From an uncultured Verrucomicrobiae bacterium (lineage in GTDB: Bacteria; Verrucomicrobiota; Verrucomicrobiia; Chthoniobacterales; JAATET01): a DNA stretch of 64,000 nucleotides. The translations under genes were made by a program, and so were the position numbers. The stretch spans positions 64,001 through 128,000 of the forward strand of contig CAVRCI010000005.1 in assembly GCA_963719495.1 (NCBI GenBank). The letters run 5' to 3'. Shown here in pieces: positions 1 through 11,400 of this stretch. Within the stretch, counting starts at the first letter, position 1. Each line of letters begins with the position of its first letter. The notes below the pieces were generated by a model, which was given only the letters and a program-made list of their open reading frames with translations, had not been told where the DNA came from and made no database searches.

Positions 1-2256
1 GACTGGCCCCCGCGCCGCGTCGTATTTGTTCTGAGCCAGCCGCGCCTCGACCAGACTGATCAGCACCTCGGCGCTCACCGGAATCGAGGGGTCCCGCTCG
101 GCCAGTGGCGCGAGGAACGACTCGGCCTTCGCGTAGTCGCCTTCCTCGAAGTATTGGTTCCCCAGCCAGATCATCACGTCCGAGGGCACGACGCCGGGCG
201 TCGCCTTCTCCGCTTCGGCCGCGACGGCCGGGCGGTCTTCCCGGTAGAAGTGCGCGAGGATGATGCGCACGGTCGAGCGGTCGCCGAACTGCTCGGGATC
301 GAGCTCACGCGCCCGCTCGAGGTGCGTGATCGCCTCCGGGTATTCCGCCTTCTCGAAGAGCGCCCATCCGATCCAATACTCGGCCTGACCCGCCGCGTTC
401 GTCTCGGGATATTCTTCGAGCAAGCGCCGGAACGTGTCCCCCATTTCGTCGAATTTCTCCTGCTGGCCGAGCGTCAACGCCATTTGCTGGAGTGCGAGTT
501 CCCGCTCGGACGCCTTCGGGAATTCTTCGACGAGCCGCCGGAAGTCCGCCATCGCGTCGTCGTAGGCCTGCGATTGCTGCGCGGCCAGGGCGCGCTGCGC
601 GAGCGCCGATGCGAGCAGATCGCTCTTCGGATACGTGTCGACAAATTTACTGAACGTCTGCCGCGCCGCGATCCAATCCTGCGTCTGCGCGTAGCACCAA
701 CCCAGCTTGAAGAGCGCCTGCTCGAGCTGGCGCTTCGGCAGCTTGGAGTCGAGCGACTTGGTGTAGAACTCGATCGCCTTCTCGTATTCGCCCTGCTTGA
801 AGAGCGTCTCGGCTTTCAGCAGAAACGCCCGGCCCCGCTCGCGTGGATCGGTGCTGTTGGCGAGAAAATCGTCGACCTGCTCGAGCAGCTCGGCGCCATT
901 GGTCTGATCGAGGCTGACCAGCCGCTGGAAGCGCGCGCTGGCCGCCGCGTCGCTGTCGGGATACTCGGCGAGGACCTGCTCGTAGAGCGCGATCGCGCCC
1001 TCCTTCTCGCCGAGCTGCCGCTTGGCATTGGCCGAGATCAGCATCGCCTCGGGGATCGCTTCCTTCGGGAGATCCGCGATTTCCTGATTCGTGAGACCGG
1101 CCGGCTCCTCGAATTCACCCGCTTCGTAGGCGAGCCGGATCGCGCCCAGTTTCGCCACGCCCCGCCAGTCGCCGATCGCCGGCTTCGCGAGCGCCTTTTT
1201 GAAGAGCTTGCGCGCCTCGTCGTCGCGGCCGAGTTCCGCCGCGATGGCTGCCGCTTTCACGGTCGCTTCGGCTTGGAGATCGGCTTTGTCCGCCTCGTCC
1301 CCGAGCCGGGCGTAGACGTCGAGCGCTTCCGCCTTCGCGCCGGCTTTCGAGAGCGACTCGGCGACGTAGAAATCGGCGGCGTCGCGGTAGGGGTTGTCGG
1401 TCCGCTTTTTGGCGAGCTTTTTGAAAATCTTGAGCGCTTCGGCTTGCTTGTCGTTGGCGTCCAGCGCGTTCGCCTCGTAGAAGCTCGCCGACAGCTGGAC
1501 GGCTTCGGATTCCGAATTTTCCCGCGCCGTCCGGAAGAGCTCGATCGCCGCGCCGTAGTTGTTTTCGCCGTAGTAGATCTCGGCCAACCGGTAGGCGCCC
1601 GATCCCACGAACTCGCCGGTGCGAAACTCCTCCAACAACCGCTCGTAACCCGTGCGCGCGGCCTCCGAATTCCCCAGGAATCGGTGACTCTCCGCCAACC
1701 GGAACATCGCCCCGTCCCGGCCCTCGGCCTTCGGCGAGGCGATGAGAAACTTCTCATATTCGTAGACCGCCATGTCGTACATCTCGCGTTTGTAGAAGCC
1801 GTTCGCCGCCAGCAGCGATTGATCCTCGGTCGCCGACGACGGCCCAAGCCGGATCGACCCCGCCTCGTCCCTTGGCGTCGCGGTGGGACTCCGGCGCTGC
1901 GGCTCGGTCGGCTGTGGGTCCCGGGGCGGCGGGGTGTTGGGAGTGGGCACCCGCTCGCCCCGGTCCGGCGTCGGCTGCGGAGTCGGGATCGGCCCGGGCG
2001 TCTCGTCGACCGGCGCGGGCGTCTCGTCCACCGACGCGGCGGGCTCGACGGCTTCCGCCGCGCGAACGGGCAGGTTATCCATCCAGGCCGGATTCTCGAT
2101 GGTCGCCGGATTCACCGGCTCGGCCCGCCGGATCTCGGGTTCGTCTCCGATGATCGGACCCGGCGTCACGGGGACCGCCCGCCGGATCTCAGGCTGCTGC
2201 GCCCCGACGCTGCCCGCGATCAACCCGAGCGCCATGATCGCGAAAATTTTCCTCAT
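1..2256 (-). CDS. Exported tetratricopeptide-repeat protein (3' end runs off the window)
   Basis: Manual minus-strand translation from the ATG at 2256 (ATGA overlap with the exbD stop): signal peptide MRKIFAIMALGLIAGSVGAQQ, a Pro-rich linker, then TPR-like helices (ANGFYKREMYDMAVYEYEKFL...AMFRLAESHR). Absent from the ORF track because it has no stop in the window. Confidence 0.8.
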   Translation of the reverse strand, partial: MRKIFAIMALGLIAGSVGAQQPEIRRAVPVTPGPIIGDEPEIRRAEPVNPATIENPAWMDNLPVRAAEAVEPAASVDETPAPVDETPGPIPTPQPTPDRGERVPTPNTPPPRDPQPTEPQRRSPTATPRDEAGSIRLGPSSATEDQSLLAANGFYKREMYDMAVYEYEKFLIASPKAEGRDGAMFRLAESHRFLGNSEAARTGYERLLEEFRTGEFVGSGAYRLAEIYYGENNYGAAIELFRTARENSESEAVQLSASFYEANALDANDKQAEALKIFKKLAKKRTDNPYRDAADFYVAESLSKAGAKAEALDVYARLGDEADKADLQAEATVKAAAIAAELGRDDEARKLFKKALAKPAIGDWRGVAKLGAIRLAYEAGEFEEPAGLTNQEIADLPKEAIPEAMLISANAKRQLGEKEGAIALYEQVLAEYPDSDAAASARFQRLVSLDQTNGAELLEQVDDFLANSTDPRERGRAFLLKAETLFKQGEYEKAIEFYTKSLDSKLPKRQLEQALFKLGWCYAQTQDWIAARQTFSKFVDTYPKSDLLASALAQRALAAQQSQAYDDAMADFRRLVEEFPKASERELALQQMALTLGQQEKFDEMGDTFRRLLEEYPETNAAGQAEYWIGWALFEKAEYPEAITHLERARELDPEQFGDRSTVRIILAHFYREDRPAVAAEAEKATPGVVPSDVMIWLGNQYFEEGDYAKAESFLAPLAERDPSIPVSAEVLISLVEARLAQNKYDAARGPV

Positions 2257-2666
2257 TTCGGCTTGCTGGTCGCGAACGCGACGTTCCAGATTTCCACCGT
2301 GCGGCACACGTCGAGCACTTCGACGATGCGGCTGTATTCCGTGGCTTCGTCGCCGCGCAGCACGATGGCCTGGTCCGGATAGAGTTCCTGGATCCTCGCC
2401 AACGCGACGCGCAGCTCCTCCATGTTCATCTCCCGCCGGTTCATCATCACGGACCCATCGGCCTTCACGTTGAGAATGACCTCGCCCACCGCGCGGCGAC
2501 TTTCCTTGCCGGCCTTCGCCGTCGGCACCTGCACGTCGAGCTCCATTTCGTCCTTGGAAAAATTCCACGTCACCAGGAAGAAAATGAGCAGCAGAAACAC
2601 GATGTCGATCATCGGTGCGATCTGAAATCCCGACGACTCGGGCTGGGCGCGGGCGCGGAAATTCAT
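2253..2666 (-). CDS. exbD: Biopolymer transporter ExbD/TolR family
   Basis: IAPMIDIVFLLLIFFLV transmembrane motif and IVLRGD...YSRIVEVLD; follows a MotA/ExbB gene. Confidence 0.9.
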   Translation of the reverse strand: MNFRARAQPESSGFQIAPMIDIVFLLLIFFLVTWNFSKDEMELDVQVPTAKAGKESRRAVGEVILNVKADGSVMMNRREMNMEELRVALARIQELYPDQAIVLRGDEATEYSRIVEVLDVCRTVEIWNVAFATSKPK

Positions 2667-2669
2667 CGC

Positions 2670-3431
2670 CTATTTGTCGTCGCTCTCGTCGGACGTCCGG
2701 ATCGAGCCGGGTTTGAAATTCGCGCTCATCAGCGCCATCAGCTGCGTCGTCGCCGCCTCGAGGTCCGCGATCAACGACTGCACCCGCCCGCGGAAATACG
2801 CGTAGGCCGCCATCGCCGGGATGCCGATGAGCAGCCCCGCCGCCGTCGTCACCAGAGCCTCGGCCACCCCGCCCGCGAGCAGCATCGGCCGGGATGCGTC
2901 GAGGCCGTTCGCCACCACGCTGAAGGATTTGATCATGCCCAGCACCGTGCCGAACAACCCGACCATCGGCGCGATCGTCCCGATGTCCGCGAGGTAGACG
3001 ATCTGCTGATTGAGACCGCTCGCCTGCCGGGTCCCCTCGGTCTCGGCGATTTCGCGCGCCTCGGCGATGGTCGCGCCCGGGTTCTTGGTGAGAAATTCCA
3101 ACGTCCGCCGCATCACGCGCGCCACGAATTGGTTGTGCCGGTTCGACAGCGCGAGCAGGCCGTAATAGTCGCCCTTCCGCAGCAACGCGTCAGCCGACTT
3201 CATGTAGCGCCCACTCACCACGCCGCCCCGCCGCAGCGAGAAAAAGAAGATGAGGATCAGCATCACCGCGATCACCGACAGACCCGCGAGCGGATACATC
3301 ACGACCCCGCCCTTCATCAGCACCGCCACGAGGTCGGTCTGCTCGGCGGCGACCTCCGCCCCGTCCTGCGCTCGCGCGGCCAGCGCGCTCAACCCGGCGA
3401 TGGCCGCAACCCAAAGTGATGTTTTCCTCAT
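2670..3431 (-). CDS. exbB: MotA/TolQ/ExbB proton channel protein
   Basis: [21 protein letters not shown] and [19 protein letters not shown] motifs; start placed at MRKTSLW. Confidence 0.9.
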   Translation of the reverse strand: MRKTSLWVAAIAGLSALAARAQDGAEVAAEQTDLVAVLMKGGVVMYPLAGLSVIAVMLILIFFFSLRRGGVVSGRYMKSADALLRKGDYYGLLALSNRHNQFVARVMRRTLEFLTKNPGATIAEAREIAETEGTRQASGLNQQIVYLADIGTIAPMVGLFGTVLGMIKSFSVVANGLDASRPMLLAGGVAEALVTTAAGLLIGIPAMAAYAYFRGRVQSLIADLEAATTQLMALMSANFKPGSIRTSDESDDK

Positions 3432-3524
3432 GATCAAGGTCGCGTATCTTATGCGGGGTTCGCCCGCGCGCAAGCCACGGATGGACGCGAAACAACTCGC
3501 AACGTCCGGCGAACAACACCTAAC

Positions 3525-6254
3525 GTGACGCCCGTGCTCAAGAGGTCGAAGTCAGTCCCTCCCCGCTCGACGAACGAAGAAGCCGACCGGTCGGACACTC
3601 CCGGCATCCTGCCCAGCCTCCTGAACTGCCTGGCGGTCACCCTCGTCCTTTCGCTCGCGGCGACCCTCGCCTTCTCCAGCGAGCGACGACACGCCACCGA
3701 CCGGCTCGCCGACCGGCTAGAGACCGAACTCGGCAGGGAGGTCAGCGTCTTCTACCGCGAGATCCGGATCGCCATCGCCGACCTGCTGCTCCTGCGCCAG
3801 TTGGCGACCTCCACGATTGCCGACCCGAGTCCGACGACCGCCCGGCTGACGTCCATCGCCAGCGACGCCGACCAGCTGGCGTCGAACCGCGGGACCTACG
3901 ACCAGATCCGACTGCTCGCGCTCTCCGGCAAGGAACGCCTCCGCGTCAACCTCGCCGCCCCGGCCAAGGGCGCCGGCCAGATCGCCGATGTCCGCCGGGT
4001 CGGCCCGGCGGAGCTTCAGAACAAGATCGACCGCGATTGGTTCCGCGCCGCGCTCCGGCTCGGACCCGGCCAAATCACCGCCTCCCGGCTTGACCTCAAC
4101 GTCGAGCGGGGCCAGCTCGAACGCCCCCTCAAACCGACCATCCGGCTCCTCACCCGCCTCCCCGGCACCCCGGATTTCGCCGAGAGCTTCCTCGTGATCA
4201 ACTACCTCGCCGGCCCCTCCCTCGAGCGCCTCCGCGAACGGGACCTCACGATCGGCGGCATTCGCGCGGCCATCGCGGACCGGACCGGCAATTGGATCGT
4301 CGGTCCGGACGCGACCTGGGACTGGAGCGCCGCCATCCCCGAACAAACGGACCGCACCGTGGCCGATTTTTCACCCGAACTCGCCGACGCCCTCGAGCAT
4401 TCCTCGAGCACGCGGATCGCGACCTCGAAAGGCCTGTTCGTCGTCGAGCGCACCGGACGAAACCTCGCCGCCTACCTGCCCCGCAGCCGCCTCCTGGACG
4501 ACGTGGGTTCGCGCAACCTCGGCTTCGATTTCATCGCCTTCGCCACCAATGACCAGATCATCGCGAACGCGCGCGACGCCACCGATCTGATCGTCACCGC
4601 CTACCTCTTCAGCCTCGCCATTCTCCTTCCCATCACCTGGTTCGGAACCCATTCCTACCAGAACCGCGCCCACGCCGTCCGGGACCTCCGGCGCAACGAG
4701 GAACGACTCCGCGAAGCCGAGCACATCGCCCGCACCGGATTCTGGGAATGGGACTTGGCCACCGACCACTTCGTCCTCACCCAGCGCGCCGCCGAGATCC
4801 TCGACCTCGCGTCCAAACCCCGCCCCGCCACCCTCGCGCAATTTCTCGCCCTCCTGCCCGCCGACGCCGCGGCCCTCGTCACCGACGCCCTCGAGCGCGC
4901 CCGCTCCGATCGATCCGCCGCCCAGTGCGATCTCCAGATCCCCACCACGGGCACCGAGCCGCGGGCGACCGCGTTCACCGCAAACGCCGAGCCGTCCCGC
5001 GTGCGCGGCGTCGTCCAAAACATCACCGAGCGCAAACGCGCCGAACGCGAGCTCGCCCACGCGCGCGCCACCGCCGACACGGCCAACCGGCAGAAGAGCG
5101 AATTCCTCGCCATCATGAGCCACGAAATCCGCACGCCGATGAATGGCATCATCGGTTACACCGGCCTCCTCGGGGAAAGCGACCTCACGCCCGACCAAAA
5201 CGAATTCGTCTCCATCATCTCGTCGAGCGGCGAAGCGCTCCTGCGCATCATCGACGACATCCTCGACTACTCCCGCATCGAATCCGGCCAGGTCACGATC
5301 CAACCCGTCGTCTTCGATCCCGCCACGACGCTGCGACTCGTCCACCGTCTGCTCGACGTCAAAGCCCGGAGCAAAAATATCGAAATCATCCTCGAGATCC
5401 CGCCCGACTTCCCCCCCCGGATCGAAGCCGACGAGGTCCGCCTGCGTCAGATCCTCATCAACCTCCTCGGCAACGCCATCAAGTTCACGCCCTCCGGCAC
5501 CATCCGCGTGCGTGCCCGGGCCACGGAAAACGGGACATCCCATCGCGTCGCCCACCTCCACTTCGAGATTCAAGACAACGGCCCCGGCCTCTCGGCCGAA
5601 GGAATCAGCCGCCTCTTCCAACCCTTCGTCCAGGCGGACGAAACGGTTCAAGTCCGCCACGGCGGCACCGGACTCGGCCTCTACATCAGCAAACGCCTCG
5701 TCGAGCTGATGGGCGGATCGATCCACGTCTCCTCGGTCCTCGGCGATGGCGCGACCTTCAACTTCTCCATCGCCGCGCGCACCGTCGCCCTCGCGTCACC
5801 CACCGTCGCTCCCGACCAGGGCCCGTCCTCCGACGACACCAACCTCGCCGTTCGCCATCCCCGGACCATCGCCATCGCCGACGACGACGCCGTCAGCCGC
5901 CAACTCCTCCAGCGACTCCTCGCCCGCTTTGGTTACGAAAGCACCGTCCACGCCGACGGGCACGATCTCTTCGCCAGTTGGCGGGACAACCCCACCGAAA
6001 TCATCTTCACCGATCTGCAAATGCCCCGCCTCGGAGGCATCGAAGTCACCCGCCGCATCCGGGCCACCGACGGCGACCGAACAACGTGGATCGTCGCCCT
6101 CACCGCCAACGCCATGACCGGCGAACGCGAACGCTGCCTCGCCGCCGGAATGAACGACTACCTCACCAAACCCATCTCCAAGACCGCCCTCCTTCGCTCC
6201 ATCCTCCGGGCCAACGACCACTTCAAAACCCGGCGGCTCCCAGCCGCCAAATAA
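3525..6254 (+). CDS. Hybrid sensor histidine kinase/response regulator (Cache-like sensor, PAS, HisKA, HATPase, REC)
   Basis: Two TM segments; [18 protein letters not shown] (H-box), [22 protein letters not shown]; receiver DLQMP...MNDYLTKP. Confidence 0.92.
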   Translation: MTPVLKRSKSVPPRSTNEEADRSDTPGILPSLLNCLAVTLVLSLAATLAFSSERRHATDRLADRLETELGREVSVFYREIRIAIADLLLLRQLATSTIADPSPTTARLTSIASDADQLASNRGTYDQIRLLALSGKERLRVNLAAPAKGAGQIADVRRVGPAELQNKIDRDWFRAALRLGPGQITASRLDLNVERGQLERPLKPTIRLLTRLPGTPDFAESFLVINYLAGPSLERLRERDLTIGGIRAAIADRTGNWIVGPDATWDWSAAIPEQTDRTVADFSPELADALEHSSSTRIATSKGLFVVERTGRNLAAYLPRSRLLDDVGSRNLGFDFIAFATNDQIIANARDATDLIVTAYLFSLAILLPITWFGTHSYQNRAHAVRDLRRNEERLREAEHIARTGFWEWDLATDHFVLTQRAAEILDLASKPRPATLAQFLALLPADAAALVTDALERARSDRSAAQCDLQIPTTGTEPRATAFTANAEPSRVRGVVQNITERKRAERELAHARATADTANRQKSEFLAIMSHEIRTPMNGIIGYTGLLGESDLTPDQNEFVSIISSSGEALLRIIDDILDYSRIESGQVTIQPVVFDPATTLRLVHRLLDVKARSKNIEIILEIPPDFPPRIEADEVRLRQILINLLGNAIKFTPSGTIRVRARATENGTSHRVAHLHFEIQDNGPGLSAEGISRLFQPFVQADETVQVRHGGTGLGLYISKRLVELMGGSIHVSSVLGDGATFNFSIAARTVALASPTVAPDQGPSSDDTNLAVRHPRTIAIADDDAVSRQLLQRLLARFGYESTVHADGHDLFASWRDNPTEIIFTDLQMPRLGGIEVTRRIRATDGDRTTWIVALTANAMTGERERCLAAGMNDYLTKPISKTALLRSILRANDHFKTRRLPAAK

Positions 6255-6475
6255 CCACCCCGGTCATGCCGAGGGCAGCGAACGCGCAAGTGAGTTATGA
6301 AGCCTGGGATGACAGCGCGGCGCCAGCCGACCCCATCTGGCATTCGGAGGGTGAGGCTCCTGCCGAGCCGTGGCATTCTCATTGGATTCTGGTCGCTCGT
6401 TCAAATTCAACAGCATTGAATCGCCACCACCCCCTTCGTTACCTTCTGTTCATAACTCACCACACCCGCACCGCC

Positions 6476-8182
6476 ATGAAGCCAGCCACCAAGTCCAGCA
6501 AGCCCAGCCTCCGCCCGCATTCCTCCCTCGTCCTCGACGGCCCCGCCCGCGCCGCCAGCCGCGCCATGCTCTATCCCGCCGGCTTCACCCGAAAGGATTT
6601 CGCCAAACCCCAGATCGGCGTCGCTTCCACCTGGAGCATGGTCACCCCGTGCAACATGCACATCGACGCCCTCGCCCGCGAAGCCGCCCTCGGCATCGAC
6701 GCCGCCAAGGGCAAAGCCACCATCTTTAATACCATCACCATCTCCGACGGCATTTCGATGGGCACCGAAGGGATGAAATACTCCCTCGTCTCGCGCGAAG
6801 TCATCGCCGACTCCATCGAAACCGTCATGGGCTGCCAGAGCTACGACGGCCTCGTCGCCATCGGCGGCTGCGACAAAAACATGCCCGCCTGCCTCATCGC
6901 GATCGCCCGCCTGAATCGCCCGTCCGTTTTCGTCTACGGCGGCACCATCCTCCCCGGCTGCCTCAACGGCAAAAACCTCGACATCGTCTCCGTCTTCGAA
7001 GCCGTCGGCCAGCTCGCCGCCGGCAAGATCTCCCAGACCGAAGCCGACTCCATCGAGTCCTGCGCCATCCCCGGCCCCGGCTCCTGCGGCGGCATGTACA
7101 CCGCCAACACCATGGCCTCCGCCATCGAAGCCATGGGCATGTCCCTCCCCAACAGCTCCGCCCAGGCCGCCGTCTCCGAACACAAACGCGAGGACTGCCG
7201 TAACGCCGGAGCCGCCGTCATCGATCAGCTCAAACGCGGCATCCGCCCCTCCGACATCCTCACCAAGGAAGCCTTCGAAAACGCCATCACGGTCGTCATC
7301 GCCCTCGGCGGCAGCACCAACGCCGTCCTCCACCTCCTCGCCATCGCCCACAGCGCCAACGTCAAACTCGGCCTCGACGACTTCACCCGCATCGGACGCC
7401 GCGTCCCCGTCCTCGCCGACCTCAAGCCCTCCGGCAAATACCTCATGTCCGAGCTCATCGGCATCGGCGGCATCGTCCCGCTCCTGAAGGATCTCCTCGG
7501 CGCGGGCCTCCTCCACGGCGACTGCCTCACCGTCACCGGCAAGACGCTCGCCAAAAACCTCGCCCCGTTCAAGAGCTACCCCGAAGGCCAGAAGATCATC
7601 CTCCCGCTCGACGCCCCGATCAAGAAGGAAAGCCACCTCGTCGTCCTCCGCGGCAACCTCGCCCCCGAAGGCGCTGTCGCGAAGATCACCGGCAAGGAAG
7701 GCGAGAAATTCGAAGGCAAAGCCAAGGTCTTCGACGCCGAGGAAAAAGCCCTCACCGCCGTCCTCGAAGGCAAAATCAAAGCCGGCGACGTCATCGTCAT
7801 CCGCTACGAAGGCCCCCGCGGCGGCCCCGGCATGCGCGAAATGCTCTCCCCGACCAGCGCCGTCATGGGAGCCGGCCTCGGCACCTCCGTCGCCCTCATC
7901 ACCGACGGCCGCTTCTCCGGCGGCACCCACGGCTTCGTCGTCGGCCACATCACCCCCGAAGCCCACGAAGGCGGACCCCTCGCAATCGTCAAAAACGGCG
8001 ACCCCATCACCATCGACGCCGTCACCCACGAACTCACCCTCGGCGTCCCCGCCGCCGAGATCAAATCGCGCCTCGCCAAGTGGAAGCAACCAAAACCCCG
8101 CTACCGCCGCGGCGTCCTCGCCAAATACGCCCACACCGTCACGACCGCCAGCAAGGGAGCCGTCACCGACGCCAATCTATAG
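6476..8182 (+). CDS. ilvD: Dihydroxy-acid dehydratase
   Basis: [46 protein letters not shown]; start at MKPATK inside the longer ORF 4748..8182. Confidence 0.97.
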   Translation: MKPATKSSKPSLRPHSSLVLDGPARAASRAMLYPAGFTRKDFAKPQIGVASTWSMVTPCNMHIDALAREAALGIDAAKGKATIFNTITISDGISMGTEGMKYSLVSREVIADSIETVMGCQSYDGLVAIGGCDKNMPACLIAIARLNRPSVFVYGGTILPGCLNGKNLDIVSVFEAVGQLAAGKISQTEADSIESCAIPGPGSCGGMYTANTMASAIEAMGMSLPNSSAQAAVSEHKREDCRNAGAAVIDQLKRGIRPSDILTKEAFENAITVVIALGGSTNAVLHLLAIAHSANVKLGLDDFTRIGRRVPVLADLKPSGKYLMSELIGIGGIVPLLKDLLGAGLLHGDCLTVTGKTLAKNLAPFKSYPEGQKIILPLDAPIKKESHLVVLRGNLAPEGAVAKITGKEGEKFEGKAKVFDAEEKALTAVLEGKIKAGDVIVIRYEGPRGGPGMREMLSPTSAVMGAGLGTSVALITDGRFSGGTHGFVVGHITPEAHEGGPLAIVKNGDPITIDAVTHELTLGVPAAEIKSRLAKWKQPKPRYRRGVLAKYAHTVTTASKGAVTDANL

Positions 8183-8404
8183 CCCTCCGCCTCGAGGAGC
8201 GGCGATTTGCAATCGCCGACCCACTCCCATCCGGCGGAGCCGGACACTTCAAATGCGTCGAGGGTCGAGTGACGAGCCTCGGCGTCACCCTTCCCTTCTT
8301 CGCGACCTTTGCGACCTTCTGTTCAAAGACGGTATTGTATTTCCTTCGTTCCCTTCATTCTCTTTTGTTCCGACTCAGGTCGTCAACTCACCGAGCCACA
8401 TCCC

Positions 8405-11400
8405 ATGCGCGAATACCCACTATCCCCGCTGCACCACCAGCAACTCGCCGCCTCCGGCCAGCCCGCCGGATCCGCTTTCCACACCCGCCAGCTCTCCTTC
8501 AGTTTCGGCGAGCGCATCGACCGCGACCGCCTCGTCGCCGCCTGGGGTGACCTGACAACCGCCCACCCCATCCTCCGCACCCGCCTCGACCCCGCCGGCC
8601 CCCGCTGGGTCGAGTCCGACGACGACATCACCGACTGGCAAGCCCTCGATTGGCAAACCGACGCCCCCACCGACCTTGGAGCCGCCTGGCAGGAACTCGT
8701 CACCACCGACGCCGCCCACCCCGTCACCACCGGACACCGCCTCACCACCATCCAACTCCCCAGCGGCGACCTCCACCTCCTCTGGTCCTACGACGACCTC
8801 CTCATCGACGAATCCGCCCTCGAAGTCCTCCTCGTCGAGTGGCTCCTCCGCTACGAAGGCGACACCTCCGACACCGCCCCCGACGACCCGGCCCCCGCCT
8901 TCGCCGCGCTCACCGAGCACGATTCCGAAGAAAAAACCTGGCGCTCCCATTTCCAAAACGTCCCCGCGATCCGCCCCCTCATCCTCCTCCCGCTCCCGCC
9001 CGAGTCCGCCCCCACCGCCCGGCGGACCACCGTCACCCACACCTTCGAGCGCGAACACGGACAAACCCTCACCGCCGCCGCGAAGACGATGACCGTCGAA
9101 CCCGTCGACCTCGTCAAAGCCGCCTGGATCTCCCTCCTTGGCCCCGCGCTGTCGTCGCACGAGATCATCCTCCTCGAATCCATCCGCCTCCCCCTCACCG
9201 CCATCGCCCGCGCCGAGGCCCGCGTCCCCCGCCGCCACCGCCTCGCCCCCGACGCCAAAGTCTCCGCCCTCGCCCAGGCCGTCGCGCAAACCCGCGCCGA
9301 ATCCACCGGCATCGGCACCTGGACCGCCGAACAAATCGCCAACGTCGTCTCCGGTGGAGCCGCCTCGACCCGCCCCGCCGCCGCCTTCCGCTACCGCCGC
9401 GGCACCCTCAACGACACCCTCCACGCCCGCCTCCCCCGCTGGCTCGGAGCCGACGCGCAATTTCTCAGCCACGACCCCGCCCCCTTCACCCTCATCTACA
9501 CCGCCTCCGACCGCGCCGAAGTCGCCCTCGACTTCGATCCCGGCCTCTTCAGCGAAGCCGCCGCCCGCCGCTTCCTCGAGCGCTGGGTCTCGCTGATTGG
9601 CCAGCTCATCGCCGACCCCGACCGCCCCCTCGCCGACCTGTCGATCCTCCTCCCCGACGAACCCACCCTCGTCGCCGGACCCGAAGCCGCCCCCCCCTTC
9701 CGCAGCCTCGTCCCCCAATGCCTCCACGATCTCTTCGCGGAGACCGCGAGTGACCTCGGCGACGCCGTCGCCCTCGAGACCGACGGCGGCCTCGTCACGT
9801 TCCAGACCCTCGACCAACAATCGAACCAGGTCGCCCGCGCCCTGCGCAAACTCGACGTCTCGCCGAAGTCAACCGTCGCCATCGAACCCGGCCCCTCCCA
9901 CCTCTGGCCCGCCGTCATGCTCGGAATCTGGAAAGCCGGAGCGACCATCGAACTCTCCGGCGGCAGCGAAGCCGCGCCGAAAAAGCAGTCGAAGGGCAAG
10001 AAATCCACGATCTCGATCGGCGAAAGCCAACCCAATTCCCCCGACGGCCACGCCCTCGCGAAGTTCTGGGATCAAGTCTCCGCCGAAAAACCCCGCCCCA
10101 TCCCCAGCGAACTCTCCGCCACCGACCCCGCGATCCGCACCGCCGACGGCCGCAAACTCACCCACGAAGAAGCCGGCCGTCTCAGCCAGGCCTCCGCCGC
10201 CGCCCTGCTCGTCGCGCCCGGCGACCGCACCCTGCAATCCGGAGCCCCGAGCGACCTCGATCCCATCGTCGAGCTCTTCGGCGTCCTCCTTTCCGGAGCC
10301 ACCGCCGTCCTCGCCGCCCCCGGCGGCTGGTCCACCCGCACCGCCTTTCAGGAGTTCGCCGACCAGCACAACGTCACTCTTCTCAGCATCCCGACCCCAT
10401 TCTGGAGTCAATGGACCCACTACCTCGCCGAGCTCTCGCTCCCCGCACCCGCGAGCGTCCGGCGCACCGTCATCCACGGCGGCCGCGTCGCTCCCGCCGC
10501 CCTCGCCGCGTGGCACGCCGCCGCCCCGACCGCGACCCTCCTCCACTCAGGCATCGGCTTCCACGGCCCCTCCTCCGAGATCGACCCCGGCGACGCCTTC
10601 GAGCCCGCCTCCCACCCCCCCGCCGGCAGCGTCGCCCGCATCACCTGGCAGGGCAAACCCCTCCCCCCCGGTTTCGCGGGCCAACTCGAAGTCGGAGCCT
10701 CCGAGGACACCCTCCTCGACTCGGGTCGCGAAGCTTTCCTCGACGACACCGGCACCTTCTACCCCCGCAACGAACTCGAAGCCACCCTCCGCCCCGGCAC
10801 CCCCACCTCCCGCCTCGAGACCATCGAGCGCGCCATCCTCGCCCACGCCGAGATCTTCGACTGCGTCCTCGCCCCCGGCGAAGCCGACGTCTGGAACGTC
10901 TGGATCGTCCCCGCCGACTCCCAACGCGGCGAACCCATGGATTTCCGCGACCACCTCGGCAAGCACGTCCCCGACCTCGAATTCGCCGTCGCCTGCATCC
11001 CACGACTTCCCCTCGACTCGGGCGGCCAACTCGATTCCTCGGCCCTGCCGAAACCCACCCGCGAAGCCGCCCCCACCCGCGCCGCCGATCCCGAAGAACC
11101 CCAAAAGCCCCGCGGCGAGGACGAAAAACTCCGCAGCATCCTCTCGCGCGCCCTCGGCGGACGCGCCATCCAGAACGACACCTCGATCTCCGACGGCTCC
11201 ACCAAACCCCACGTCGCCAAACACCTCCACGAAACCTGCGAGCGCACCGGCTACCCCATCGCCCGCCTCGCCGACTTCCAGCGCACCTTCACCGTCAAAT
11301 CCCTCCTTCGCGAATGGCGCGCCCGCAAGACCGCCGGAAAATGGGAACCCCTCACCGCCCTCCGCGCCGCCGGTTCGCTGCCACCACTCGTCTGCTTCCA

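Noticed and set aside
154..2382. 742-aa + strand ORF
   Set aside because: Antisense shadow of the minus-strand TPR and exbD genes; no motifs
4748..6475. Long N-terminal extension of the ilvD ORF (1144 aa)
   Set aside because: Arg/Pro-rich off-frame read of the kinase gene; IlvD similarity starts at 6476
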